Positions 10,271-23,560 of a stretch of DNA of 64,000 bases are shown one piece after another. Origin of the DNA: Vicugna vicugna. Lineage: Eukaryota. Numbering within the stretch: the first letter of the stretch is position 1; each line of letters begins with the position of its first letter. The DNA lies in the NCBI GenBank assembly GCA_013265495.1, contig MU058531.1, forward strand, positions 426,678-490,677, read 5' to 3'. Below the pieces are notes generated by a model, which was given only the letters and a program-made list of their open reading frames with translations, was not told where the DNA came from and ran no database searches. Both the position numbers and the translations under genes were made by a program.

Positions 10271-12304
10271 ATCGGACAGTTTAGCTCAGTTACTAATGGG
10301 GTAAGTAAGGCTCAGAAAAGCAACGGCAGAGCTGGATTCCATGTTTTCTCTGTTCCTAGAACCCACGGGCTTTCATGTGCATCATGATAGCACCTCCTTC
10401 CAACACTATGGTGGGGCAGGGAAATGGCATGGGGACAAGGCTAGCGGTAAGAGTGAGTCCGGCACAGGTGGGAGCTTTCAGAGTCCCTGCAGAGAAGCAC
10501 AGGCTTCTTTTTATCTGAAGCACCTCCTTCCTCAGCACAATAATATCTGGGAATGTGAGTCATGGCTGTTGAACATGGGAGGGTTAAACATTGATACCTA
10601 TCTCATCTTTGTTCATTCAGGACACTACTGGGTACGCACGTGCCTGGTTTTAAGTTTTAGAATAAAGCAGAAGATCCTGAATGTCTATACGAGAGTATTT
10701 CTGTTAAAAACTTGAAATTATCACACCTTGAGAAAAGGTAAAATGAGATCCCTTACTGCATATGTTTATGTGTAGATGTTGAATATGCTTTGATTGACAA
10801 CATACTTCTTTGAGTACAGAGTAAATACAGATTTTAACTGGTCAGTCTGTCATGGCCACAATTGCTTTAGGTTTCCGCCTAATAAACTAAGCAAGAGAAA
10901 GCAGTTGAACTAATGATCACTGGACTTTCTTTGAAAGCCATTGAGTCAGGAAGTCAGTGAGAAGTAAACCTTAGTTTCTTACACATTAGTGGGGTTGGAC
11001 AAAGAAACTAGCTATGTTCTGATAGAAGGAGCCAACGGAGCAGAAAATGTGGACCAAACCATGAAAGGACTACACTGAAGCCACATGGTGGGCCTTGGAG
11101 GTCAACCAAATCCGTCCTCTGGTCTTCTGAGACCCACCCCCATTTTTTCCAACTTTCTTCTAAGCAAGTGCTTTGTCAGGTAGAGCTCAACCCAGGCTCA
11201 CAGTTTGGGGAGGGGGGCATCACTGTATCCATCACCATCCATTTTCATCTTCAGAAACAAAGTCTGGATCATTGGCATATCCTTTCCGGAGACTAGGATA
11301 AAAGAATGGGAGAGATGGATGACTGGTGTTGCTTTTTTCTGTCCACGTTCCTCTTTTAAAATGCTCAATATGATCACCAGGGCATGTTGAAGTAAAGAGG
11401 ATTAAAGCCATCCAAGATCAGCTCCTTACTAACACAGATGACATTTGTAACAAGGTTATTGCACACCCAGGAAGCAGATAAGCTCTTTTGGAGGTGGAGG
11501 AAAAAGCAATCACCTTGACATTACCAGGCTCCAAAAGTAGAGTTGGAGGTTATTAGAAATCAGAGGTATTTATGGATGGGGTGACCCTTTAACTCCAGAA
11601 GATTGGAATTTGAAAAAAAGATGTCACTTTTTTTTTGGACAGCCAGGACAGCTCTTGAGGACTCTGCACACCTCTGATGTGACGGTTCGGTGCTTTGATG
11701 AAAGGAAAGATGGCTTATTTATTTTTAATCTTTCCCATTTCATTCTTCCAACTTCAGGTTAATGACTTTCCTTCTTCAGTATTGTAGATGAATTAGGTTG
11801 TCACAGAGATATACACGCAATCTGCAATTTCATCATTTTTTGAGGCTATATGTATCAACAAAGTTACTGATTTTCAGGAACACAGAAAGAATATGATTTA
11901 TGTTATATAAACTCTTTAAATTGAGTGTACATACTTCTGAGTTGCTATTAACCTTAGGAAAGAAATTTGAAGATTTTCCAGAACTTAATGACCTCTCACA
12001 CAATTAAAAAATTTTTAATGCAATTTATGTCTTTCCAAAACATTTTGAGGCATTTAATCACTGATCATGTAGGATTAACAGTCCTTTAAGTACAAAATCA
12101 TCCAATGGGCACTGGTGTTAGTGAAAGAAGAAAAATGCTAATTTATTGCTTAATTCAATTGTAATAAATTTACTCATCTCAACAACAAAAAAGGACTTAG
12201 AAGTAAGAGCATATCCAGATTTACATACTGATAAAAATGAAACAGAACATAAAGATAACCAAGTTAGAAGTTTTATTAAAGAACACTTTCCCTGTGATAA
12301 AACG

Positions 12305-12480
12305 TAAGCCAGGTTCTGACATTTACAAGCTGTGTGACTTTGGGTGAAGGGCTTACCCACGCTGTGCTGTCCTCAGGGGGCAGGTATTGATTGCTAGGAG
12401 GCTTCATTGAGATAATGTATATAAAGTGGCACTGTGCTCATTCCAGAGTAACCACTCTACAAATACTAGTTATTGTTTTT
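12305..12480 (+). mobile_element. MIR
   Basis: AGCTGTGTGACTTTGGGTGAAGGGCTTACCC...TGAGATAATGTATATAAAGTG. Confidence 0.7.
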
Positions 12481-14130
12481 TTCTTATATACTTGGAGTTT
12501 CTGTATCTTATTCAATTTTAAGTGGCCTTTAAACACCTTTAAAGATTTTTGGAACTGGCAAGAGTAAATTACAAATTAATAGGTTCCTTGTGTGTGATAG
12601 CCACAGAAATGGAGAAAGAGCCTTTGATGTGAAATTGCTTATTGTATTCTGATCTTACAAAACCCATCTTTTCCAGTGAACTGGAAACAGGGACTCGACC
12701 AAGGCATGGGGGAGAGGGAATGTCTGAAACTGGGGGATGGCTCAGACAGACTTCTTAGAGAACAGGGTATAATCATGTATCTGCTGCCAAGAAGAGTCAG
12801 GGCTCACATCTTGGCATAATTACTTACAGGTCCCCTTACACTGAAGTTTTTTGGCTAGACAATAAAACTATGGTCACCCTAATAAGAACTCCACTGGGAT
12901 TTCTCTGGAAAGAGATCATGTTGATACTGACTGAGACAGGGGCATTGAGAGAAGCCAGGAAAAGTGTTGCTTAGGTCTTGGCCAAAAAGTTGATCTGTCA
13001 TCTTACAGAAAAGACTCTTTCAGTGTCTTAGTCCTAATAAGTCTTAAGGAATTTTTCTAAGGTTTCATTAAATATGAAAAAAATACAGCTTTCTAAGCAC
13101 AGTGTGATTAATTAGATCAATTGGCTTTAAGTCTGTTTTTCTTCATTTCAATTTAAAGTTAAGGAGATGACCAAACAGTCATGGATGTGAATGAACTGTT
13201 TCTTTGGGTGTTCTAGGGTGATTAAGCCTCGGTGGAGGTCACTGGAGTCCAAAGTCTGGTCCTCAGCTGTGCCGACCCACAGACTGGATTTTCTAACAGG
13301 CCTTTCAGAGCCCAAAGACTGAGGGCAGCAGGGAGAAAACTGCAGGTTTCAAGGGCAATGAAAATAATACCTAGTAAGCGTCAAACACTGTTCTAGGCAC
13401 TTTGAATGATTCATTTGATCTCGTTAGTTTCTGCTTCACATGCTATGCATTTGAGTTTTCCTGGGGCATGACCAGTCTTAATCATGTAGCAGACACTTAG
13501 GGTCATGGGTCATGCTGTGCTCAGGCTCATTTAGTTTCTAAAAAGCCTTATATGCATTTCTAAAAGACAGAGAAAGAACTTACACATTTTCTAAAGTAAA
13601 TGCTCTGGGTAACGGGAGTTCTGGGGAGAAGTCTATTTCCTTATTTTCAACAGGGAAAATTTAGCCCCTTATTTTTATGTAATGTATATTTGTCTCTACA
13701 CCATTTAGAGATATAGGCAGCTGATTTTGGAAATAAAGACAAAGGCAAAACAAAAACAACCTTGTTTTCCTAACCAGAAGGATGTGATTTGATGGTTTGG
13801 GAGAAACTGGCTTGCTGGAAATGCCCCTGATGATGATCTCAGTTCACATCTGTTGTAGGGAAGCAGATTTTTTTTTCTGACCACACAGTCTTTGATAAGC
13901 TTGCTTTAAGTCTTTGGCTCAAAGATCCCAAAAGCATTACCCAAAGGGTGACCCTCTTTTTCCCCTGGCTCTGAGGACCCATGCTCTAGGCTAATCAGCA
14001 AGCTCTTAGAAGTGTTACCATATCCCATGGAACTGGAATAGGAGTCCAGAAATGAAGTCAACTTGGAATCACAGATTGTTGAAGCCCAAAGGTGCCTTAA
14101 AGAACATATAGTCTAATATTCACCTAAGGG

Positions 14131-14647
14131 TGTTAACCGAGTCCAAACTCATCCTGCTCACTGCACGACAGGCCAGTAAATTGGGAGACAAAGTGTTGGG
14201 GCAAGGAATAACGACTTTATTCAGAAAGTCAGCAGATTGAGAAGATGCCCCCATCTAATGTTCTTGAGAACCATCTTCCTCAAGTTAGAAATTCAGGCTC
14301 CTTTTAAACTAAAAAGGAAAGGGAGCGTGGTTGGTTGTTCCAAACTTCCTGGAGTCAGAATCCTTTGTTTTTGCAGCTGTCCACATAGGTCAGGTCATGA
14401 TGGTCCTGTAAGCCTCCACAAGACCAGTGTTATTCTCTGTTCTGCAAGTTTTTATCTCTATATGAATGGAAAAGTTTTACACCCTTAAAGGTCAGAGCCT
14501 TGAGAGTGGGCTGTGTTGTATATTTCAGGCCATAGGCAATAGGCAACATTCTTTGACAGAAGGTGCAGAATTGGTATGACTAAGCACAGGAAACAGAGCA
14601 CAAAGAGTGAATCTAATATGGAGTCAGATTTGTTCATCCCCATTACA
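14131..14647 (-). mobile_element. ERV1 solo LTR, MER41-like, nested in a MIR
   Basis: TG...CA termini. Minus strand ends AATAAAGTCGTTATTCCTTGCCCCAACAC...GGCCTGTCGTGCAGTGAGCAG...TTGGACTCGGTTAACA, resembling the MER41 U5. MIR-like sequence on both flanks; no clean TSD. Confidence 0.8.
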
Positions 14648-16707
14648 TGGCATACTGTGCCCAGCTGAGGTAAGTGTGTGCCTGAAGTCACTTAATTCAC
14701 AAGTCAGTGTCTAGACTAGCATAGAGGAGACAAGTAACTTACTTCTTTTTGTAGAGAGAAACTCCATGCCCAGATACCCTGTCTCCGGTCTCTAGTGGTT
14801 GTGGGTCTAGGAGGAGGCAAAGAATTGCCATGTCAGAGCAGCTGCATTTGAGATTCGGTGTCCTCTCAGCTCTGCACTGTGGGCTTCCTCACGTACCATT
14901 GTGTAAAGCAAGCGTGAAGTTATTTTGCTGGTGGTAATTACAGAAGACAATCATATCAAAGAAGAGGTTCTGTCTGAAATTGGGAGGCCAAATAAAAAGA
15001 AAAGCAAAATGAACCTAGAGGAAGAAACTTTTATAGCACTCAAAAACCTGGAAAGGCCTGAGGCGTATCATCTATCCATCGCTTTCATTTTGCAGATGCA
15101 AAAATGGGTGAAGAAAGAACATGTCCCTGCCTCTGAGAGGACAGCCTTGAAGGATGAGAAAGAGACCTTGGCTTGTGGACTCAGACCATTGTAAAAGATC
15201 TATAGGACTGTTCAACTTCACTGAACCATACTTTTCCCTTTACTTCTGCAGCTCACTCCCGAGTGAGGTTGAGCATGGATGATGTGATGTGTGTGGACTC
15301 TGAAACCCCACCATGTTGTAACCGTGTCATGTGCTGTGTCACTATGCATCAGGCTTACTCATGACATCCTGCCTTCATCCCCACTCCAGGAGAAGGCAAG
15401 TCTGGTTGTTTTGGAAAGACGGTAAGATTTTATAGGAATAAGTAGGCATTAGCATGTAGGACTCCCCACATCTGAAAATGATTGACATGGCTGGTTCTCA
15501 CACTATCTGTAATTCACAGTCTGTTTCTAGCACATTCATAATTTGGAAAAACAAAATAGACATTTTTTCCTTTGTCAAATTTCTTTAATTTATATGTTTT
15601 GGGAAAATATTGGCTTCCTTCCCCAGTTATTCAGCTGCTGTCTGCTGCAGTGAATCAGCTTAAATTTATCTAGTCATGTTATTTTCTTTTTTTTTTTCCA
15701 ATGTAATGGAAGAATATAAGCCCTCCCAGACATATCACACTGAGAAATATTGGGAAAAAATGGACAGGATGGTTTCCATGAAGGAATTAATGGTTGATGT
15801 TACAACATGCTTAAGATATGTTAGGCACATAGATGTATTTTGGGCTTCTCTTCTTTGCTTTGAAAATGCATCAGCCCTTCATCATTGAGTGCTGTTCATC
15901 CCGGAGAGGTCCAGCGTCGCTGGCCCAACGCTGTTTTGTTTACTGTTTCAGGGTGTATAGGATGAAACTCTCTTCCATGTCTTCATTTGCATTTTGCATC
16001 TTGGGTTTACAGAACGAGGCCATGCCCAGATATTTACGGTAGTCGTCTTTTTCTTCATTCCATTCATATATTTCTCTCTGAATTTTGGACCCTTTGATAC
16101 TTTTTAAAAGCATCTTTATTAAACAGACAGATTTAAACCAACCTTAAGCAGACACTGAAAATAATTCTTTATAATTCATTTTTAATTTCATGAAGCAAAC
16201 TTTCCTACCTTTTAGCCAGTAGTTTTCATCACCTAGACTATTTTTGAGTACACAGCACAAAGTAGGTAGACGTCAGAAATAAAAGGGTAACCGATGTTTG
16301 AAGGTTAAGGTCTAGAATGCGTTTTGAAAGCAAACAAGACTCCTCAAGATCAACGTTGAGTTCTACTGAGCTACTTTTGTAACTTACAGAGCACCTCCAT
16401 TTTCCCTTAACTCAGCCTTTAAACCTCCTCTCCTCCCAGCTGCTTATGCAGAGTTGACTACCACTGAGATTCCTGCTGAGTTATTTCTGTGATAGGATAT
16501 GACCTGCTGCTGAGCTAATCAACAGCTCATCTCTCATTTGGGTCTTCTCTCCTCCATATCAGCCCCCAGTGTTTTGTCGGCTTATCTGCCCTCTGATCCT
16601 CTGAAAGAAGGACCAAGGAAGGGAGGAGAGGGAGAAAGGCAGCTCCCAGTTGAGGTCCATCTCTCATTAATCCAGGCAAGCCCTTCTTTAAACATGAAAT
16701 CCCTTAA

Positions 16708-17250
16708 CACTAATGGTTCCTAAAATTGATCTCAATGTTAATAGTTTTATTTAGGAGGAAAAAAAGTTATCTGGTCAAATAAATTTGGGAACTGCTGACT
16801 TAAAATTAAATGAGTTTCTTTATTGCGGACTTTCTCCAAGCTTTGAATATGCTAATGTACATTGTGAATCTGCTCCAAGGCAATGTGGCATACAGCTTTT
16901 CCCAAACCTATTTTACTGAGAAGCATTATTCTTTTGGGGAGCATATTTTGGGACTAATGTTTTACAGAACATAACTTGTTAAAACTCAGTTTAATTTTTC
17001 TCTTTTCTTTAACTCGGTATTTGCCAAACTTCAGCCACTCACTTATCATCTTTATAATTTTTTGCCAATGTTTTCCTTAAAATCAGTTCACTTTTTCACT
17101 GAAGTAAACTTATTTGAAAAGGAAATTTCTGTAAATGAAAAATAAGAATCATTTGCTATACAGAGAAAATAACTATGAAATTAAGTAGAATGAAGCAATA
17201 TTATTAATAAATTCAAAAGTAAACTAAAAATAGACACAGACAGTAATACA
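16708..17250. mobile_element. Old hAT (Charlie/Tip100-type) DNA transposon fragments
   Basis: GGTCAAATAAATTTGGGAACTGCTG, TTTGAATATGCTAATGTACATTGTGAATCT and GTATTTGCCAAACTTCAG resemble hAT relics. Confidence 0.5.
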
Positions 17251-17251
17251 T

Positions 17252-17771
17252 TGTGAAGGAGAAAAGATTATTTTTCCTCTACCCATCTAGGTTCTTGGCT
17301 GAACATCTCTGTAATAAAAAGATTAACAGGAGAAAAGCAAACAGAAGTTTATACCTCCTGTACACATGGAAGATACCCAGGAAAACTAACTCCCTGAAAT
17401 GGTCCAACCCCTCAGTTAAATAACATCTCCCAATAAAGACAAAAGAAGATGTTGGGCAGGGAGGGAGTCAATTATGGGAGGTGACCAGGTAAAGCACAGT
17501 AAACAAGGGTAAGGTGATTTTCAACTGAAATCTGCGTAAGCACCTTACCCTTGTTTACTGTTTAGGATGATTCTGAATCTCTAGAAACTTTTCTCTTCCT
17601 GATACAGAGAGATGGAGACTTCCCTTATAAATGTAAATGTCTCTCACAAAAGGGTAACCTGTACTCAATTTTCAGAACTTTTCCTATGTCTGCTGTTTCT
17701 TAAAAATAACCAACCTACAATAATCCTTATGCCAAAGAGGTATATTTTGAGGTGGTATATTCTGCCCTTCA
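17252..17771 (-). mobile_element. ERV1 solo LTR, MER34/MER39-like
   Basis: Minus strand starts TGAAGGGCAGAATATACCACCTCAAAATATACCTCTTTGGCATAAGGATTATT. TG...CA ends; 4-bp flanks ACAT/ATAT. Confidence 0.85.
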
Positions 17772-18476
17772 ATATTAAAATGATATATAAAAATACATGC
17801 TTGAGAATAAGTCCCTCTTGAGAAGAATGGAGACAATAATAATAATGGAAACCATCTGGTGACTGTTGCTTATTTTGGATAATTATAAGGATTCATTATT
17901 GAGTGCATTCTGTTTTTTTGGTTGATAGAGAATCTTCATTCCTCTGTGCACAAAGTCAGACAGGCCAAAAGTTACTTAAACACTTTTTGAAATAGAGTTG
18001 GATATTAAGAACTAATTTCTTTTTATATTTTTTCTATTTGCCAAGCAATTGGTAACCTTATCTCTTTTTCCTGTTTAATAACAAATTTCAAACATAGACT
18101 GTAGAAAGAATATGCAAATAACCATCTTCTATAGTCAACAAATATGAATTTTTTCCACATTTTCTTCTTCTTGCCTGAATTATTTTTATGTAAACTTCCT
18201 ACTGACATGGCATACATTATTGCCGAACTATTTTAAAGTAAATTAATGAGATGATATGTCATTCTTAAATTTCTCAGCATGCATCTCTAAAAATATTTTC
18301 CCATATAGCCACAAGACCATATCTATCATACCTAACAAACAGTAATAGTTTCTAAACATCATCTAATACTCAGCTCATATTTAAAAACTTTTGTTCAAGG
18401 AAACTTTGTTTCAGGAAGCCATTGAGTGTTCTCTAGATGATCTTTTGAGAATTTTAAGTTATTTGATCCTGTCTGA

Positions 18477-20687
18477 TGTTAAAAGATAAACTGAGGCATA
18501 TTAAAAACTTGAAGAGTTTATCTGAGCAAAAATCAATTTGAATCAGGCAGCATCCAATCTAGCAGAGAAAAAGGAGCTCCAGGGAACTGCACAAAATGAA
18601 AGACTTTTATGCCAGAAGAGAGCAGGAACCAGCAAGTTATAGTAGGCAAAAAAGCAGGTTGGTTATTGCAAAGTTACTTTCCTTGAGGGTATAGCAGGTG
18701 TCTATCAGGCAGATAACCTAACAGTGCTGAAGAGGTGATTTTTTTTTTAATTGAAGTATAGTTGGTTTACAATATTAATTTCTGATGTACAGCATAGTGA
18801 TTCAGTTTATATATACATACACACACACACATACATATACCTTTTCATATTCTTTTTCATTATTGGCCGCTACAAGCTGTTGAATATAGTTCCCTGTGCT
18901 GTACAGTAGGATCTTGTTGTTTATATATTTTATATATAGTAGTTAGTATCTGCAAACTCCAAACTCCCAATGTATCTCTCCACTCCCACTCCTTCCCCTC
19001 TGGGAACCATAAGTTTGTTTTCTATGTCTGTGAGTCTGTTTCTGTTTTGTAAATAGGTTCGTTTGTGTCTTTTTTTTTAAGATTCCACATATAAGTGATA
19101 TCATGTGGTATTATTCTTTCTAATTTTGGCTTACTTCACCTAAAATGACAGTGTACGGGTCCATCCCATGTTGCTCCAAATGGTATTATTTTTTATGGCT
19201 GAGTATTATTCCATTGTGTATGTGTGTGTGTATAGATAGATAGATAGACACCCCCCCCATAGTTTCTTTGTCCAGTCGTCTGTTGATAGACATTTAGGTT
19301 GCTTCCATGTCTTGGCTATTGTATATAGTGCTGCTGTGAACATTGGGGTGTGTGTATCTTTTTGAATTAGAGTTCCCTATGGATATATACCCAGAATTGG
19401 ATTGCTGGATCATATGGTAAGTCTGTTTTTAGTTTTTTGAGGAATCTCCATAGTGTTTTCCATAATGGCTGCACCAAACTGCATTCCCACCAGCAGTTAT
19501 AGGATGGTTCCCTTTTCTCCACACCCTCTCCAGCATTTATCATTCATGGACTTTTCATGGCCATTCTGACTGGTGTCAGGTAATAACCTCATAGTTTTGA
19601 TTTGCATTTCTCTGATAATTATTGATATTAGCATTTTTTCATGTTCCTATGGGCCATTTGTATGTCTTCATTGGAGAATTGCTTGTTTAGGTCTTCTGCC
19701 CATTTTTTTTTTTTTTGCTTTTGTTATTAAGTTGTATGAGCTGTTTATGTATTCTGGAAATTAAACTTCTGTCAGTCTCATCATTTGCAAATCATTTCTC
19801 CCATTCTTTAGGTTGTCATTTTGTTTTGCTTATAGTTTCTTTGTTGTGCAAAAGCTTGTAAGTTTAATTAGGTCCCATTTGTTTATTTTTGCTCTTATTT
19901 CTATTGCCTGGGTAGACTTTCCTAGGAGAACATTGCCAAGATTTATGTCAGAGAATGTTTTGCCTATGTTTCCTTCTAAGAGATTTGTCATGTCTTATAT
20001 TTAAGTCTTTAAGCCGTTTTGAGTTTATTTTTGTGTATAGAGTGAGGGAGTGTTCTAACTTCACTGATTTACATGCTGCCATCCACTTGCTGAAGAGACT
20101 GTCTTTTCTCCATTGTATATTCTTGCCTTCTTTGTCGAAGATTAGTTGACCATAGGTCTGTGGCTTTATTTCTGGGCTCTCTACTCTGTTCCATTGATCC
20201 ATATGTCTGTTTTTTATGCCGATACCGTGGTGTTTTGATTACTGTAGCTGTGTAGTATTGTCTGAAGTCTGGGAGGGTTATTCCTCTAGCTTTGTTCTTT
20301 TTCTTCAATATTGCTTTCAAAATTCTGGGTCTTTGGTGAGTCCATAAAAATTTTAGGATTGTTTATTCTAGTTCTGTGAAAAATGTCCTGGGTAATTTGA
20401 TAGGGATCACATTAAACCTGTAGATTGCCTTGAGCAGTATGGCCATTTTAACAATACTAATTCTTCCAATCCAAGAACATGGGATATCTTTTCATTTCTG
20501 TAAGTCATATTTAATATCCTTAATCAATGTTTTGTACTTCTCTGTGTATAAGTCTTTCACGAAGAGGTGATTTTTGATTGGTGCAAGATCCCATTTCTGG
20601 GAGTGCCGAAGCTGTAATTAAGTCTTGGTTTGGTGAGAGGAGTCTCCTAAATGATTCCATTTGGGGCTTCTTGTCTTGCTCTGCACA
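18477..20687 (-). mobile_element. ERV1 (MER4-group-like) solo LTR split by an L1 (LTR parts 18477-18743 and 20561-~20687)
   Basis: Starts TGTTAAAAGATAAACTGAGGCATATT (reverse complement of an LTR 3' end); LTR-like text resumes after the L1 TSD. Confidence 0.7.
18744..20560 (-). mobile_element. 5'-truncated L1 (ORF2 C-terminus plus 3'UTR)
   Basis: ORF2-like peptides ([34 protein letters not shown]). Poly-T at left end. Perfect 15-bp TSD GAAGAGGTGATTTTT at 18729-18743 and 20561-20575. Confidence 0.95.
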
Positions 20688-21984
20688 CCAGAAAGCGATG
20701 AGAAAAATACTCCTTATCAATTTTCCACTGCCATTTAATTTGGGGAACTGCTGATGAAGCCTTTTGATAAAATATTTCCAGTTTTCACTTGGTAAAATTC
20801 AAAACATTTTCAGTGAGTTTTTCAGATGAGCTCAGCAATAAAACATTTCACTTATATGAAACTTGCAATATTTGTTGATTGTGAAATGGAAGAACAAGGC
20901 TAGAGAAAATGAGAGAATCCCCTTCACCCTTGCAGTGCTGTGACTGATGGATAGAAAGGATAAGTTACTATATGTTGGGTGCTTACCATGTGCCTTTACT
21001 GTCTTACTTCATTCTCCAAACACCTATGAAGTAAGTACTGGATTATTTTCAGAATGGATGCATACAGTTGGGCAAGGCGGTAAGTGGGGCATGAAATCCA
21101 GCTTCTGTTCCTCACCCCAAACTGTGTCCACCGGGAGGACACAATTCACAGCAGGTACATGTGTGCTGGCTGCAGCCACGCTGGCTTTTACAGCTGAGAC
21201 CTCCGTGGTGGACAGAACCCAAATCCATGTCTCTTTGTAGCTAGAATTGTACTCTTAGCCAGCTTCTCCTGCTGCCTCTCAGAAAACTGATCTGGAATCA
21301 AAATTGTTTATGGGGTCAATGGAGAGAAAGATCGTGGAAAAACTTGAAAGCAGTGGGCAGAGGGAAGGGACCATAGGAGGGCCATGCTTCTCATATGGCT
21401 CTGGCAGAATGAGCTTCTCTGTCGTGGTGGGCGAAGGGCCTTTTAAGCATCTATAGGCAGCATGTTGTGTTGGGACAGGTGATCAGTTTTAGCAAGAGCT
21501 CCATCTTTGTCTTTGTCTCACACAGAAGAACATGAGGATTAGGGACATGTGGGATTGCCTGGATGGATTAGGGGACAGCCTAGTGAATTAAGAAATGCTA
21601 GCTTCCTCTCTGGGAGCAGCTGCAGGAAGGGAGGAAGAGGATCTAAGGCAGAAGGGGATAGATGTTCATACCGGGAGATGAAGGCATGCTACAGGGAGTA
21701 GTCAAGAAGTGTAGGCACTCCTTTCTGGCCTCCCGAGATCTTCATGACCAGCTAAGGTCAGGGAGCTTCCAATGACGGGCAGAGGCTTTGTCCTTTCCTG
21801 GCAAGGACATAAAACATAAAAAGCAGATTGATTTTGGTCACAACTCAAAATACTCAAGTGTTGCATTCTGCTGTACCCTAGCAGATGGGATATTGTTTTT
21901 GCTTGTGAAGTGTTCGTTCTTGCTTATTTTAAAGATGGCTACAGTTCTTTCACACAGCCCATTCTCTACTTTTACTTTTATCTT

Positions 21985-22140
21985 TGTAACAGTTACATGA
22001 GAGAGACGGCATCCTCTCATTTTATAGATGAGAAAACTGAATTTTCCAAGGACATAGCAGTTAGAAAGTAATGAGAATGAAAGTTCAGTCTCAGATCAGC
22101 CTGACTCAAAAGTCTGTTTTGACTTGATGTTATACTGCCT
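21985..22140 (-). mobile_element. MIR
   Basis: CTCATTTTATAGATGAGAAAACTGA...TTCCAAGGACATAGCAG...CTGACTCAAAAG. Confidence 0.7.
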
Positions 22141-22546
22141 TCCTTTGGGATATTTGGGGTGGGGGGAACTCTTGTAGTTTTCATTTGAGGGGGCTTTGCA
22201 GCGAAGGAAGGCTGTTAAATTGCCTACAGTTATTGTCTGTTGATTAAATAGTAGGTAGGAGGAGGGAGATGGGGAGTGACTGCCTCTTAAGGGGATGAGT
22301 AAACCAGAAGAGTCAGTGTGACTGGAGAAGTCTACAAATGAGATGTGAGCTCTGGAACAGAAATAACACTTCTATTAATAGAATTCAATAGGAGCAAGAA
22401 CCAAGAAAAAGCATCCTGACCACAAGTGAACAGATGTTGAGCAGGTAGGAGGTGTCTGGAGGGCGAATATTTTAATTTTAGCCTCATAGGAAAATCAGAG
22501 AAGTCAGAGAAGGTTCTACTTCCTTCCTCCCTTCACTTTCTTCCTC

Positions 22547-23067
22547 TTTTTTTAAAAAAAAATTCAGCTTTATTGAGGTATAATTGACATAAAGTTGTAA
22601 GATAGTTAGAGTGAACAGCGTGAGGATTTATGCATACGTTGGGAAACAGTTACCTCTACCCCATCTAGTTAACATATCTATCACTTCACATGTTTATCTT
22701 TTTTTGTTTGTTTGTTTTGGGTAAGAATATTTAAGTTCTACTCTTAGCAAATTTCAGTTAAACAGTTCAGTGTCATCAGTGGTAGTCACCATGTTTTCCA
22801 CTGGATGCTTAGACCTGAATCATTTTATAGCTAAAAGTTTGTACCCTTTTACCAGCCTCTCCCTATTTCCCTCACTCTTTTGATCCTGACAACCCTTTCC
22901 TACCTCTGTTTCCAAGAGTTTGATTTTTGTTTTTCAAATTCCACCTGTAAGTTGATACAATGCAGCATTTGTCTTTCTCTCTCTGGCTTATTTCTAGCAT
23001 AATGCCCTCAAGGTCCATCCATGTTGTTGCAAATGGCAGGAGTTCTTTCTTTCTCATGGCTGAATAA
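22547..23067 (-). mobile_element. Older L1 (L1M-type) 3' end
   Basis: CAGCTTTATTGAGGTATAATTGACA; minus-strand peptide LPFATTWMDLEGIML; short TSD-like TCTTCCTC on both sides. Confidence 0.85.
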
Positions 23068-23379
23068 TCTTCCTCCTTCTACTTTCAACTGTGATACGAA
23101 ATAAGTCTGAAGAGGAGTTTAGAACCAATCTTTGGGGGGACTTTTGGCACACTGTTAAGCATTAGAGTTATAAGATTTAGAGTAGGCAGTTATAAATACA
23201 AAGTTTTATCTAACAAGAGACTAAAAGAAACACATTTATTTTTGAATATTCTAAAAAGTTGTAATAACTTCAGTTGAAGTCATTTAATAAACGTATTTTC
23301 ATTGTAATACAAAACAGTGACATAGGAAAAAAGTGTAAAGATTTTTTTCCCCCTTAAACCTAAAGTTCAAATTCAGACA

Positions 23380-23560
23380 GAATTTCACCCAAGTCTCAGT
23401 CCCCTTGCTAATGACCTTGGGCAATTTCTTAACTGAAGACCTGGTTTCATTAACTTTAAATGTGGTAATTAGGGTAGTTAGCTCTTGGGGCTTTTGTGAG
23501 AATTAAATGAGATTCCATGTGAAAATCTTACTTTAATAAGCATTTGGCAAATATTGGCTC
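23380..23560 (+). mobile_element. MIR
   Basis: TGACCTTGGGCAATTTCTTAAC...TTGTGAGAATTAAATGAGAT. Confidence 0.75.

Noticed and set aside
14925..15194. 89-aa ORF with NLS-like KKKSK
   Set aside because: Non-ATG start, overlaps MIR-like sequence, and lysines come from an A-rich tract.
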